Shown in pieces: positions 1-12,203 of a DNA stretch of 64,000 bases. How positions within the stretch are numbered: position 1 is the stretch's first letter; each line of letters begins with the position of its first letter. The stretch covers positions 14,570,001 through 14,634,000 of the forward strand of contig OY740817.1 in assembly GCA_963514005.1 (NCBI GenBank). Reading direction: 5' to 3'. Position numbers and translations under genes: made by a program. The stretch is from Raja brachyura. Its lineage: Eukaryota. Below the pieces are notes generated by a model. The model did no database searches, was not told where the DNA came from, and saw nothing but the letters and a program-made list of their open reading frames with translations.

Positions 1-1444
1 ATAAAAAACTGAAAAGTGTGGCGTGCAAAAGTATTCAGCCCCCGAGTCAATACTTTGTAGAACCACCTTTCGCTGCAATTACAGCTGCAAGTCTTTTGGG
101 GTATGTCTCTACCAGCTTTGCACATCTAGAGACTGAAATTTTTGCCCATTCTTCTTTGCAAAATAGCTCAAGCTCAGTCAGATTGGATGGACAGCATCTG
201 TGAACAGCAATTTTCAAGTCTTGCCAGAGATTCTCAATTGGACTTAGGTCTGGACTTTGACTGGGCCATTCTAACACATGAATATGCTTTGATCTAAACC
301 ATTCCATTGTAGCTCTGGCTGTATGTTTAGGGTCGTTGTCCTGCTGGAAGGTAAACCTCCGCCCCAGTCTCAAGTCTATTGCAGACTCTAACAGGTTTTC
401 TTCCAAGATTGCCCTGTATTTGGCTCCATCCATCTTTCCATCAACTCTGACCAGCTTCCCTGTCCCTGCTGAAGAAAAGCACCCCCACAGCATGATGCTG
501 CCACCACCATGTTTCACAGTGGGGATGGTGTGTTCAGGGTGATGTGCAGTGCTAGTTTTCCGCCACACATAGCGTTTTGCATTTAGGCAAAAACTTCAAT
601 TTTGGTCTCATCAGACCAGAGCACCTTCCTCCACATGTTTGCTGTGTCCCCCACATGGCTTGTGGCAAACTGCAAACGGGACTTCTTATGACTTTGTTTC
701 AACAATGGCTTTCTTCTTGCCACTCTTCCATAAAGGCCTGATTTGTGGAGCGCACGACTAATAGTTGTCCTGTGGACAGATTCTCCCACCTGAGCTGTGG
801 ATCTCTGCAGCTCCTCCAGAGTTACCATGGGCCTCTTGGCTGCTTCTCTGATCAATGCTCTCCTTGCCCGGCCTGTCAGTTTAGGTGGACGGCCATATCT
901 TGGTAGGTTTGCAGTTGTGCCATACTCTTTCCATTTTCAGATGATGGATTGAACAGTGCTCCGTGAGATGTTCAAAGCTTGGGATATATTTTTATAACCT
1001 AACCCTGCTTTAAACTTCTCCACAACTTTATCCCTGACCTGTCTGGTGTGTTCCTTGGGCTTCATGATGCTGTTTGTTCACTAATGTTCTCTAACAAACC
1101 TTTGAGGCCTTCACAGAACAACTGTATTTATACTGAGATTAGATTACACACAAGTGGACTCTATTTACTAATTAGGTGACTTTTGAAGGCAATTGGTTGC
1201 ACTGGATATTATTTAGGGTTATCAGAGTAAAGGGGGCTGAATACTTTTGGACGCCACACTTTTCAGTTTTTTATTTGTAAAAAAATGTGAAAACCATGTA
1301 TAATTTTCCTTCCACTTCACAATTATGCACCACTTTGTGTTGGTCTATCACATAAAATCCCAATAAAATACATTTATGTTTGTGGTTGTAACGTGACAAA
1401 ATGTGGAAAAGTTCAAGGGGTATGAAAACTTTTGCAAGCCACTG
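1..1444 (-). mobile_element. Tc1-like DNA transposon (IR/DR type), left TIR cut by window edge
   Basis: Terminus reads CAGTGGCTTGCAAAAG on the minus strand, followed by TA at 1445-1446. Inner repeat 1-43 is the reverse complement of ~1232-1275. DDE transposase lies between. Confidence 0.95.
47..1065 (-). pseudogene. Tc1 transposase, disrupted by a stop near 938 and a frameshift near 585
   Basis: MKPKEHTRQVRDKVV..GRPPKL..ARRKPLL..WSDETK..KHGGGSIMLWGCF..FQQDNDPKH..WPSQSPDLSPIENLW motifs, split over ORFs 583-855 and 47-568. Confidence 0.93.
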
Positions 1445-1446
1445 TA

Positions 1447-1613
1447 GATGTGGCCCTTGTGGCTAAAGGGATCAGGGGGTATGGAGAGAAGGCAGGTACG
1501 GGATACTGAGTTGGATGATCAGCCATGATCATATTGAATGGTGGTGCAGGCTCGAAGGGCGGAATGGCCTCCTCCTGCACCTACTTTCTATGTTCTATGT
1601 TCTATGTTTCTAT
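1447..1613 (+). mobile_element. CR1 LINE 3' end, target of the Tc1 insertion
   Basis: Near-identical to the CR1 tail at 43064-43215; ends in (TTCTATG)n. Confidence 0.85.
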
Positions 1614-2226
1614 TCTAGTCCCCTGTAAATGAATGCTAGCATTGCATTTGCCTTCCTTACCACTGACTCACCCTGCAAATTAACCTTTTGGGAACCCTGC
1701 CTGTCCTGCTAAGTTACTCAAGCATTTTATGTCTCTCTTTGAAATAAAATTGGCTTCAGTTTTTCCTTGGTTGACAGCCGTGTGGCTGAATCAATTAACA
1801 AAGCTCGTCTGACACGCTCGTACCTCCAGTGGGATGTGGGAGGCTGTCTGTCTTAGTCATTACCCATTCTTGTAGAATAATTAGATCACTATTTTCTAGG
1901 TAACGGAAAGACTGACACATATGAGTTCATTACGGATTCAGTCTGAGAATAAAATATTGCACAACTGACATGTTTTCATCGCAGAAATTCTTACAGGAAT
2001 TCTCAGACAGACTACAAGGTGCGTATATAAATGAATTGAATCAAAAAGGGATAGTGCGTTTCTAGTGAGGCTTGTACACATCCAGGTGTTCGTTCATAGA
2101 ATCATAGAGCCATGCATCATGGAAACAGGCCCTTCAGCCCAACTCGTCCATGCCGACCAAGATGCCCCCCTCTAAGCTGAAGGAGGGCCCTGACCCATAA
2201 ATGGGACCTATCCCTGCACTCTGGGA

Positions 2227-2520
2227 GGCACGGTGGCGCAGCAGTAGAGTTGCTGCCTTGCAGCGCCAGAGGCCCGGGTTTGATCTCGACTGTGGGTGCT
2301 GTCTGTACGGAGTTTGCACGTTCTCCCCGTGACCTGCGTGGGTTTTCTCCAAGATCTTCCGTTTCTTCCCACACTCCAAAGACGTACAGGTTTGTAGGTT
2401 CATTGGCTTGGTATAAATGTAAATTGTCCCCTAGTGTGTGCAGGATAGTGTTAATGTGCTGGTCAGCGTGGACTCGGTGGGCCGAAGGGCCTGTTTCCAT
2501 GCACTATCTCTAAACTAAAT
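2227..2520 (+). mobile_element. HE1-like tRNA-derived V-SINE (representative copy)
   Basis: tRNA-like head GGCACGGTGGCGCAGC..GGTTTGATC, core GTTTGCACGTTCTCCCCGTG, CR1-like tail GGGCCGAAGGGCCTGTTTCC..(CTAAA)n. Further copies near 6740-7690, 8275-10350, 11805-12112, 19675-19982, 32490-32765, 33280-33990, 34615-34845, 40430-40717, 52752-53050, 53685-53893, 54290-54865, 57755-57977, 58215-58630 and 59080-59390. Confidence 0.88.
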
Positions 2521-3413
2521 TAAGAGATACTTCCTGAACTGCTGAGCTACTCCAGCACTTTGTGTCCCATCCTGTCTATGCGGCACTTTCTTCCCAATAA
2601 CCCACTCTGGCTTAACCCCTCCCTTCACCACCTCCAGTTTAAATTCCACTTGAAATATCTTGGAGGCCCAAGTAACCAAGAACCAAGATGTTACCAGGAC
2701 TGGAGGGCGATAGTTATCAGGAGAGTCAGCACAGCCGAGGACTTTTTTCGTGGAGGGTAGGCGGCTGAATGATGACTTGTAGCGGGTTATCTAAAATTAA
2801 GTCGAGCATATAGAAGGTCATCATCTTTCCCCCTGGGCAAGGTGGTCAAAAACTAGAGAACAGATTTAAGCAACGGAAGGAAAAATCTAAAGGCATAGAA
2901 TGAACTGCCCGAGGAAGTGGTAGAACCATGTACAATAATAACATTTGAAAGACATTTGGACAGATATGAAAACTCTCGAGGGATGATCGACACAAAATGC
3001 TGGAGTAACCAGGCATGATATTCAGAAAAACAGTGGGAAGTATTGGCCGGGGGTCCAGGAGCCGGCTAGGCCCCAGGCAGGGTCCAGGGGCAGTGCCCCG
3101 GTGGGGGTTCAGGGGTCAATGTCCCCTGAGGCTCCTGCATTTTCAATAAATTGACAGTGATTCCCAAGCTTTCTGCTGGTAGTTTACATAACAGAAGCTG
3201 AGAATTTGTATTACACATATCCAGTAAAATAACCCCCAAAAGATAAATATTTCATGAGCTAAATGACTTCATACGGCTAAAAAAATCTTTACAAAAAATG
3301 TTACCTGAAATGTCTCTTTGCCTAGCACTGTGTTCAAACAGCACAGAAAAAGTGATTGATAAGGAAATAAGGAAAGATAATTTCCCGAAGATAGGCACAA
3401 AATGCTGGGGTAA

Positions 3414-3876
3414 AGGGCCTGTCCCACCAGCATGCAACTCTATGCGATGAACGCGATCAAACTAGAAGCGGAGGTCGGGTGAGTGGCGCAACGTGGTGCA
3501 AAGTGAGGCGAACTTGGAGCGAAGTCTAAAGTAAGTTCGCCAGGACAGAGAGGGGCACAGAGGCAAACACACACACAGGGCCACGGAGCCACACACATAG
3601 AGGGTCACGGAGGCACCTACAGATAGGCTCACGGAGGCACGATGTCGGGACGATGTGTAAATGTCGAGGCGACTGCGAGCCGACAAGCCGTTGCCGCGCA
3701 GAATTTTTGAACGTAGTCAGTTTTTCGGAGCCCCGCGCGATGTCGGGACGAATTCCGCACAATTCCGCACGGCTCCGGTGATCGAAGTGGGACCGGCCCC
3801 GCGACGCAGGACGGCTCATGCAACCACGTTAGGTCGCGCTAATCGCATAGAGTTGCATGCTGGTGGGACAGGCCCT
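3414..3876. mobile_element. Non-autonomous PIF/Harbinger-like MITE
   Basis: ~35 bp TIRs AGGGCCTGTCCCACCAGCATGCAACTCTATGCGAT / ATCGCATAGAGTTGCATGCTGGTGGGACAGGCCCT. TAA TSD at 3411-3413 and 3877-3879. Splits a Penelope-derived arm (GCTGGGGTAA|CTCAGC). Confidence 0.88.
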
Positions 3877-4179
3877 TAACTCAGCAAGACAGGCAGCATC
3901 TCTGGAGAGAAGGAATACAGGGCCGGCCTTGGGAGGTGCGGGGCCCAATTGGGAACAATTTTGGTGAGTCCCAGATTCCCAGCCAAGGTGTGCAGAATCA
4001 TAGAAATACAAATAAAGTCTATTATAGACTGCCTTGAGACTGTCAGGGGAAAGCGGAACAAGAGATATAGACGGTACTAAGGACAAATGAATGGAAGATA
4101 TGCCTATACCTCCCGTTTCCCTTTCCCTTGACTGTCAGTCTGAAGAAGGGTCTCGACGCGAAATGTCACTTATTCCGCT

Positions 4180-4830
<651 letters not shown>

Positions 4831-5204
4831 TGCATCTAACTCTGTAGCTCAGCAGGACAGGCAGCGCAGCGACTCTGGGGAGATGACCCTTCTTCAGACT
4901 GAACTGAACTCTCGTCGGTGACAGTACTTATGATTGTCTGAAGAAGGGTCTGGACCAGAACCGCGACCCTCTCCCCAGAGCCCCTGCCCGTCCCGCTGAG
5001 CCACCACAGACAGGGGGTTGAAGGTAGACACAGGGGGGTCCACCTTCAACTTCAGAGCCAAACAAAAAACACGGAGTGCTGGAGGAACTCAGCGGGCAAG
5101 GTAGCACCCGAGGAGGGAACGCATCACTTATCAGGAGCCCCCACGGGCCAGGACTCTCCCCACCCCAACAGATAGGAACCGCAGGTGCAGCCATCACCGC
5201 AAAA

Positions 5205-5402
5205 CGTCTAAGAAGGAACTGCAGATGCTGGAAAATCGAAGGTAGTCAAAAATGCTGGAGAAACTCAGCGGGTGGGGCAGCATCTATGGAGCGAAGGAAA
5301 TAGGCAACGTTTCGGGCCGGGTCTGAAGAAGGGTCTCGACCCGAAACGTCGCCTATTTCCATCGCTCCATAGATGCTGCAGTTTCTCCAGCATTTCTGTC
5401 TA
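5205..5402. repeat. Penelope-derived palindromic element (representative copy)
   Basis: Arm AAGGAACTGCAGATGCTGG..CTCAGCGGG..GCAGCATCT..CGTTTCGGG followed by its reverse complement. Arms match the 3' end of the Penelope at 45030-45125. Others at 11560-11785, 12855-13060, 19430-19655, 34021-34230 and 34995-35225. Confidence 0.8.
5323..5350 (+). ncRNA. Minimal type-I hammerhead ribozyme motif (Penelope-associated)
   Basis: CTGAAGA-A-GGGT(CTCG)ACCC-GAAAC-GTC: CUGANGA and GAAA cores, stem II hairpin, palindromic ACGU stem III, GUC site. Also at 7715, 12967, 15580, 45035 (+) and 26691-26718 (-). Confidence 0.65.
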
Positions 5403-6461
5403 CCGCAAAACGTCAACGATTCCGGGAATGCCCAGGCAACAGGGTGAGAGAGAGGGAGTGAGAGAGCTAGAGAGAGACGAGAGAGAGAGAGATGGAGAGA
5501 GTGAGAGACAGAACGTGGGTCGGTAGGTAAATTGAATGACTAACCTGCTGCACACCAAGAAGCTCTCCAAGAAGAAGTCCTCAATCTTGATGGTGAGCTT
5601 TAAGAAATTCTCAATGTTTCATCAATGCATCAATCTACATTCCTCAGTAAATGTAAGTGTGATTTGAACAAGTGTTAATGACGCCGCGTGAATTGTATTC
5701 AAAGGAACACAGCGTCATTAATACTTGTTCAAAACACAATTACATTTGCCGAGGAATGTGGATCTACGCATTGATTACACATGTTAACTACTGGCTGTTA
5801 ACAAGTGCTACATTAGCAGTTAACAAATCGTCAGTGTCCGATGGCCGTGCAGCGGTTGTTATCTATGTTCGTTTTGTAAGAAAATCCATATGGCAAATGT
5901 TTTTTAAAAAATCTTTATTTAACAAAGCGAATTTCCGTACGAAATACGGAAAATTAACGCGGGGCCCCCTTAGGCGCGGGGCCCAATTGGGAGAAATCCA
6001 GTCCAATCGGCTTAAGGTCGGCCCTGAAGGAATCACCCATTCCGTTTTGGGTCGAGACCCTTGCTGGTGCAGCCCAACCAAGTCTGCATCGACCATCGAT
6101 CACCCGTGTACACTGGTGCCGTGTTATCCCACTTTCTACACACTAGGATCAATTTACAGAGGGCCAATTAACCTAAAGACCCGCACATCTCACTGCGAGC
6201 GCCACTGGCTGAGATATAAATGCAGTCTTGACACCAATGATCACATCCCCCGCACCCCACCTATTGTCAAAGTAGTGCAGGGGGCTGGTCATTGGCCTGA
6301 GGCTGGGGCAGGGCTGGTGTAACATGTCACCCACAATAGACAGGGTGTGTGTTTGAGATCGGTGAGTGTGAGATGTGAGTGTGTGTGAGACGCGTGAGTG
6401 TGTGTGTGCGCACGAGTGTGTTAGTGTGTGTGTGAGCGTTTGTGTGTGTGAATATTATATA

Positions 6462-6674
6462 NNNNNNNNNNNNNNNNNNNNNNNNNNNNNNNNNNNNNNN
6501 NNNNNNNNNNNNNNNNNNNNNNNNNNNNNNNNNNNNNNNNNNNNNNNNNNNNNNNNNNNNNNNNNNNNNNNNNNNNNNNNNNNNNNNNNNNNNNNNNNNN
6601 NNNNNNNNNNNNNNNNNNNNNNNNNNNNNNNNNNNNNNNNNNNNNNNNNNNNNNNNNNNNNNNNNNNNNNNNNN
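6462..6674. other. Assembly gap (N run)
   Basis: N run after a GT-rich microsatellite and the start of a TA run. Confidence 1.
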
Positions 6675-6945
6675 AGGTTCAGTCCCTGGCGATTGTTGGA
6701 GCTGATTGATTGGCGCACAATGTGGAAACATCCCATAGATGTGCAGGCCCTTCGGCCCATCGGGTCCACGCCGACCATCAGTCACCCGTTCACACTAGTT
6801 CTCTGTCACCTCACTTTCTCATCCTCTCCTGACACACCAGAGGCATTTTACAGCGGGCCAGTTAACCTACAAACCTGCACGACTTTGGGGTGTGGGAGAA
6901 AATTGGAGCACCCGGAGGAAACCCAAGCGGTCACAGGGAGAAGAT

Positions 6946-7577
6946 TTTTTTTTTTTTTTTTTAATTTCAAAATAGACTTTATTCGAGTAATAAATATTTA
7001 CAATACATCAACCGTGCGAAAAAAATCCATCCGACATTTTCGGAGGCTATACAAATGTCTCCATACAGTCTATATACATTTTTCAAATTTCACGAATCGA
7101 TCCCCCACCCGTGCCACTCATGTGGCCCCCCGGCATGGGATACCTTCCCTTATTTTGAGGGGCGTCTCCATCATACCGTGCCCCTCATGTCCAGCAGCGG
7201 AAGGACCTTAGACTGTGGCCCTCCCCCACCGAGCCTTGGCGTTGGCTGCACCGAGCTTCAGTGCGTCCCTCAGTACGTACTCCTGCAGTCTGCAGTGGGC
7301 CAGTCGGCAACATTCCCCGATGGACATCTCGCTCTGCTGGGTGGTGAACAACGCTCGGGCAGACCAGAGAGCGTCTTTCACCGAGTTGATAACCCTCCAG
7401 CAGCACTTGATGTCAGTCTCTGAATGTGTCCCTGGGAACAGTCCGTAAATCACAGAGTCCTCTGTGACGGAGCTGTTTGGAATAAAGCGTACCAGGGACC
7501 CTTGCATTTTTCTCCAGACTCTTTGGGCAAATCCACACTCTGCAAAGAGGTGGGCAACCGTCTCCACTCCATAGCAG
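6946..7577 (-). mobile_element. 5'-truncated Tx1-clade LINE inserted in a V-SINE
   Basis: ORF2 C-terminus ETVAHLFAEC..AANAKARWG, poly-A tail (T run), TSD CAGGGAGAAGAT at 6934-6945 and 7578-7589. Duplicate at ~14615-15443. Confidence 0.85.
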
Positions 7578-8436
7578 CAGGGAGAAGATGCAAACGTGCA
7601 AACTCCACACAGACAGCACCCGAGGTCAGGATCAAAGCCAGGTCTCTAGTGCTGTGAGACAGCGGCTCTACCCGCTGCGCCATGGTGTGCCGCCCTGTGC
7701 CTCACCGTACTTGACTGAAGAAGGGTCTCGACCCGAAACGTCACCCATTCCCTCTCCAGAGATGCTGCCTGTCCCGCTGAGTTACTCCAGAATACACCAG
7801 TTACTTACGCTGTGTGATTTTATGCAGAAAACGTTGGGAAAAAAATGCATTAATTTAAATTGTTTTCTTTACCACATCACTTCACTGCTCATCTAACCGG
7901 GCAGAACATAGAACAGTACAGCACAGGAACAGGATCTTCAGCCGACAATGCTTATGCACAACATGATGTCTAGCTGACCTGATCTCCTCTGCCCGCCCGT
8001 GATCCATATCCCTCTGTGCCCTGCACTGCTATGTTCCTATCTAAAAGCCTCTTGAACCCCACTATTGCAGTTCTGGTCGCCCCATTACAGGGAAGATTAG
8101 CAGAGGGTGCAGAGAAGGTTTGCCAGGATGCTGACAACTCTGCAATGTGTTCTAAGCCCTCACGACCAGTATCTTTGCTCACGGCCTTCTGTGGTGAAAA
8201 CGTGACCCCACATCTCTATTAAACTTTCTCCCCTCACCCTCATCCTACAGCCGTGCTATCTAGTTTTTCCGTTTTTAGTTTTAGAGATACAGTGTGGAAA
8301 CAGGCCCTTCTGCCCACCAAGTCCACACCGACCAGCGATCCCCACACACTAACACGATCCTGCACACACCAGGGACAATTTATACCAAGCCAATTAACTT
8401 ACAAACCTGTACACCTCTGGAGTGTGGCAGGAAAAT

Positions 8437-10208
8437 CAAAGTCAAAGTCAATTGTATTCGTCACGTACACCTGAAGATGCAGTGAAATGAATTTGCCAGC
8501 AGTGATACACTTAAAAAGAATGCACAATACACAATACACGGAGTGTAGAGCCAAGGCATGTGGGCACCAAGTGTCACTACTTGCTGAGGTTCTACCTGTC
8601 CCCGGTGTTGCGAAGGATGGGCCTGGCGCAGATGCCACGCAAGGTGCCAGTCAGCTGGACATTGCCGCCCCATCTGTCGCTTGTGGAAAGGTTCTTCTGG
8701 ACCAACACCTTTGACCACATGTCCATCGGGCAGTGGTCAGCACAGAATGTCCTGCAGGCACTGCAGGGAAAGGACTCGATGGACCCGGTGGCGTGGTTCC
8801 CTGAGCAGACTGCCCAGCTTGTCTGGCAAAATGCCTCATCGCCAGAACTCACCAACAAGCACCAAGACCTGGCTTGGCTGGCGGTGAGGGGAGCCCTCCC
8901 AGTCAGATCCTTCCTGCACCGTCGGAACCTCACTACCAGCGCACGCTGCCCTCGGGACGGCTGCTATGGAGAGGAGACGGTTGCCCACCTCTTCGCAGAG
9001 TGTAGATTTGCTCAAAGAGTCTGGAGAAAAATGCAAGGGTCCCTGGTACGCTTTATCCCGAACCGCTCCGTCACAGAGGACTCTGTAATTTACGGACTGT
9101 TCCCAGGGACACATTCAGAGACTGACATCAAGTGCTGCTGGAAGGTCATCAACTCGGTGAAAGACGCTCTTTGCCCGAGCATTGTTCACCACCCAGCAGA
9201 GCGAGATGTCCATCGGGGAATGTTGCCGACTGGCCCACTGCAGACTGCAGGAGTACGTGCTGAGGGACGCACTGAAGCTCGGTGCAGCCAACGCCAAGGC
9301 TCGGTGGGGGAGGGCCACAGTCTAGGGTCCTTCCGCTGCTGGACATGGGGGGCACGGTATGGTGGAGATGCCCCTCAAAATAAGGGAAGGTATCCCACGC
9401 CGGGGGGCCACATGAGTGGCACGGGTGGGGGACACATTTGTGAAATGTATACATTGAACAATTTGTATAGCCTCCGAAAATGTCGGATGAATTTTTCGTA
9501 CGGTTCATGTACTGTATATATTTATTACCTGAATAAAGTCTATTTTGAAATTTAAATTATTCATCACTGTGGTGGAAGGCAACAAAGATCAGCCAGTCCT
9601 CCTCCTTTGTCGTCCGTGGTCGTGGCCATAAACCCTCCGTAGTCGCCGCTATGGACGGCCCGATGTACAGGCCCTCTCATCGGGATGATCGAACCTCCCA
9701 CGTCGTGAACATACTCGCAGTGCCCAGATCAGCACTTTCCTTCCGGCTTCAGGATGTTATAGGCGGCAGGCCGGCAGTCAGGGTCCTTCTCCGGCGATCC
9801 CCGACAAGGGATCCCAGACTCCGGATGGTAAGTCCACACCACGCCCGCAGCTAGAAGCTCCACAGACCTCAGCCCCATGATGCCAAAGTCACCAGGCCAG
9901 GGATTGGAGCACTCCTCTCTGGTGACCCCCGGCAAGGGTTCGCCCGCTGCGCGATGGAAAAGTCCACACTGCGCCCGCTCTGGGCCAGACTCCGGGAATG
10001 GCCGCTCCAATCCAAGCTGTTAGGCCGCGAGGGAGGCGACATGGAAAAAGTTGCCTCTCCCCCCTTTTCCCCCCCCCACCACCATTCCAACACATGACAC
10101 ACAAAGAGATACCTAAACTTACATTTAGACACACCAAAAAAAACAAAAAAAGTCGAAATAACAAACGTGCTGCTGGCAGGGCAGCCGACTTGCAGCGCCC
10201 CCACCAAC
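8437..10208 (-). mobile_element. GC-rich non-coding retroposon with (TTGACT)n-like tail, interrupted by Tx1 and inserted in a V-SINE
   Basis: SINE halves at 8275-8436 and 10210-10350 are rejoined when it is removed. The tail matches a short TSD-flanked insert at ~51166-51246. Confidence 0.55.
8539..9552 (+). mobile_element. 5'-truncated Tx1-clade LINE
   Basis: GTKCHYLLRFYLSP..CPRDGCYGEETVAHLFAEC (CCHC zinc knuckle), frameshift, AATAAA. Duplicate at ~16405-17425. Confidence 0.85.
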
Positions 10209-10804
10209 CAAACCGAAGATCTCGGAGAAACCCAAGCAGGTCACGGGGAGAATGTACAAACTTCGTACAGACTGCAGGCATAGTCAGGATCGAACTTGTG
10301 TTTCCGCCACTGTAAAGCAGCAACTCTACCGCTACACCACCGTGCCGCGCTCTATAAAAATTAAACAAAACACTTGTCTCTGACTTATGCAATAGCTGCT
10401 AATTCCAGTTAATCGTGTAAGCTTCTCACTGCTTATTTTCCCCACATTACCCACTTATAAAGTGATTGAAATGACATCTCCTGATCTGGCCATATGATGC
10501 CACCAGCCCTGATATTTCAATTTCACATCCTTGGGAAAGAAGCTGGGATGTGAAATCTAGCATTCAACACAAAATACCTCATCAGCTACTAAAGATAGAC
10601 ACAAAGTATTGGAGAAAACTTTTGGAAAACAATGCGAGACAGGCAGCATCTGTGGAGAGAAGGAATGGGTGACGTTTTGTGTTGAGACCCTTCTATCTAC
10701 CCAAGATGGAATGGACAATGCCCACCAAGGCAAGAGATGCAATTACCTGTCCTCCTGTGCATGTTGAGTCTGTCCGCACCAGGCTTAAACTAAGCCAAAT
10801 AATC

Positions 10805-11212
10805 CATGGGCTGAAATCCCGCGGGGGGGGGGGGGGGGGGGGGGGGGAGGACAGGGGACAGAGGACAGCTTAAAATCTTCCACCGCCCCGCAGTCAAATT
10901 GCTGTGTCAAGGCGATCGAGGCTCCCGATATTGAAGCCCCCGCCGGGCGATGGAAGATCCCGCGGCCGATTTTAAGCCATGCCGGGCGATGAAAGGCCCC
11001 GCGAACGGGCTGATTGAAGCCCCACGATTCAGGGCGGACAAAGCTGCTGTTGCTGGAGTTACCAACCAGGTCAATGCCCGATGTTATCGTCCACAGGGCC
11101 CACGGGCGAAGTCTCGTGCATGCGTTGTGCGCGCTTGTGTGTGCGCGCGCGCGCTTGCGGCCACCAAGAAATTGTGTCCCCCCCCATGTTTTGATAGCGA
11201 TTTACCCCCCTG
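10805..11212. mobile_element. Possible degenerate hAT-like non-autonomous element
   Basis: Ends CATGGGCTGAAATCCCGCGGGG.. and ..GATTTACCCCCCTG; no clear TSD. Duplicate near 18678-19082. Confidence 0.35.
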
Positions 11213-12171
11213 CACACATCACATCTAAATGCTCAGTACTATTCAAGGCCATATAAACTTCTCATTCTGAACGAGTCGCCTCTACTTTGGCGGGTTGGCA
11301 TATTCAATGAGACTTTATTGTCATGTACTGAGATACAGTGAAACTATTTTGTTTTTGCATACAATCCAGTAAAATCAAACGGCAGACCTCACCTGGGCAG
11401 TACACAAAGTGTCGCCACGTTTCTGCTGCCGACAAAGATAGTCCGGTCATATTTTCCCCTGGCTGCCCATTCTCTGGGTCCTTCTTTGATCTCGGCGGTC
11501 CCAGCCGGGTCCTTCTTTGCTCTCGGCAGCCCCCACCAGAGGCATTAAGGTAACATGTTCAGGAAAGAACTACAGATGCTGGTTTAAATCGAAGATGGAC
11601 ACAAAATGCTGGAGTAACTCAGCGGGACGAGGCAGCATATCTGGAGAGAAAGAATGGGTGACGTTTCAGGTCGAGACCCGTCTGAAGATGTCTGAAGAAG
11701 TGTTTTGACGTGAAACATCACCCATTCCCTCTGTCCAGAGATGCTGCCTGTCACGCTGAGTTACTCCAGCATTTTGTGTCTACCTCCCAGTCTTTTTAGT
11801 TTGTTTAGCTTTTAATTTTAGAGATACAGAGCAGAAACAGACCCTTCGGCCCACCTGGTCCATGCCAACCAGCGATCACCCCGTACACTTGCACCATCAA
11901 ACACACTAGGGACAATTTACAATTTTTACCAAAGACAATTAACCTACAAACATTCACGTCTTTGGAGTGTGGGAGGAAACCGGAGGACCCAGAGAAAGCC
12001 CACAGGGTCAAGGGGAGAAAGTACAAACTCCACACAGACAGCACCCGTAGTCAGGATCGAACCCGGGTCTCTGGCGCTGGAAGGCAGCAACTCTACCGCT
12101 GCACCACCATGCTGTCTTCAGTTTTACTCAGATTTACCATGGATTCCTGTAACTGCGATTGTGAGCTAAAA

Positions 12172-12186
12172 CCACTAGAGGGGGTA
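12172..12186 (+). promoter_or_regulatory. CTCF-like motif (also 20042-20056)
   Basis: CCACTAGAGGGGGTA resembles the CCASYAGRKGGC core. Confidence 0.35.
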
Positions 12187-12203
12187 TGTTACCCAGCCCT
12201 CAA

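Noticed and set aside
2227-2300. tRNA genes
   Set aside because: The A/B-box sequences are SINE heads that continue into the V core and LINE tail.
6327-7211. Long ORFs spanning N runs (also 14016-15077)
   Set aside because: Artefacts of translating gaps and microsatellites.
11642-11670. GEKEWVTFQ resembling BCL7A exon 2 (EKKWVTVG)
   Set aside because: It is part of the multi-copy Penelope-derived arm; there is no acceptor and no DTSLRIYKW continuation.
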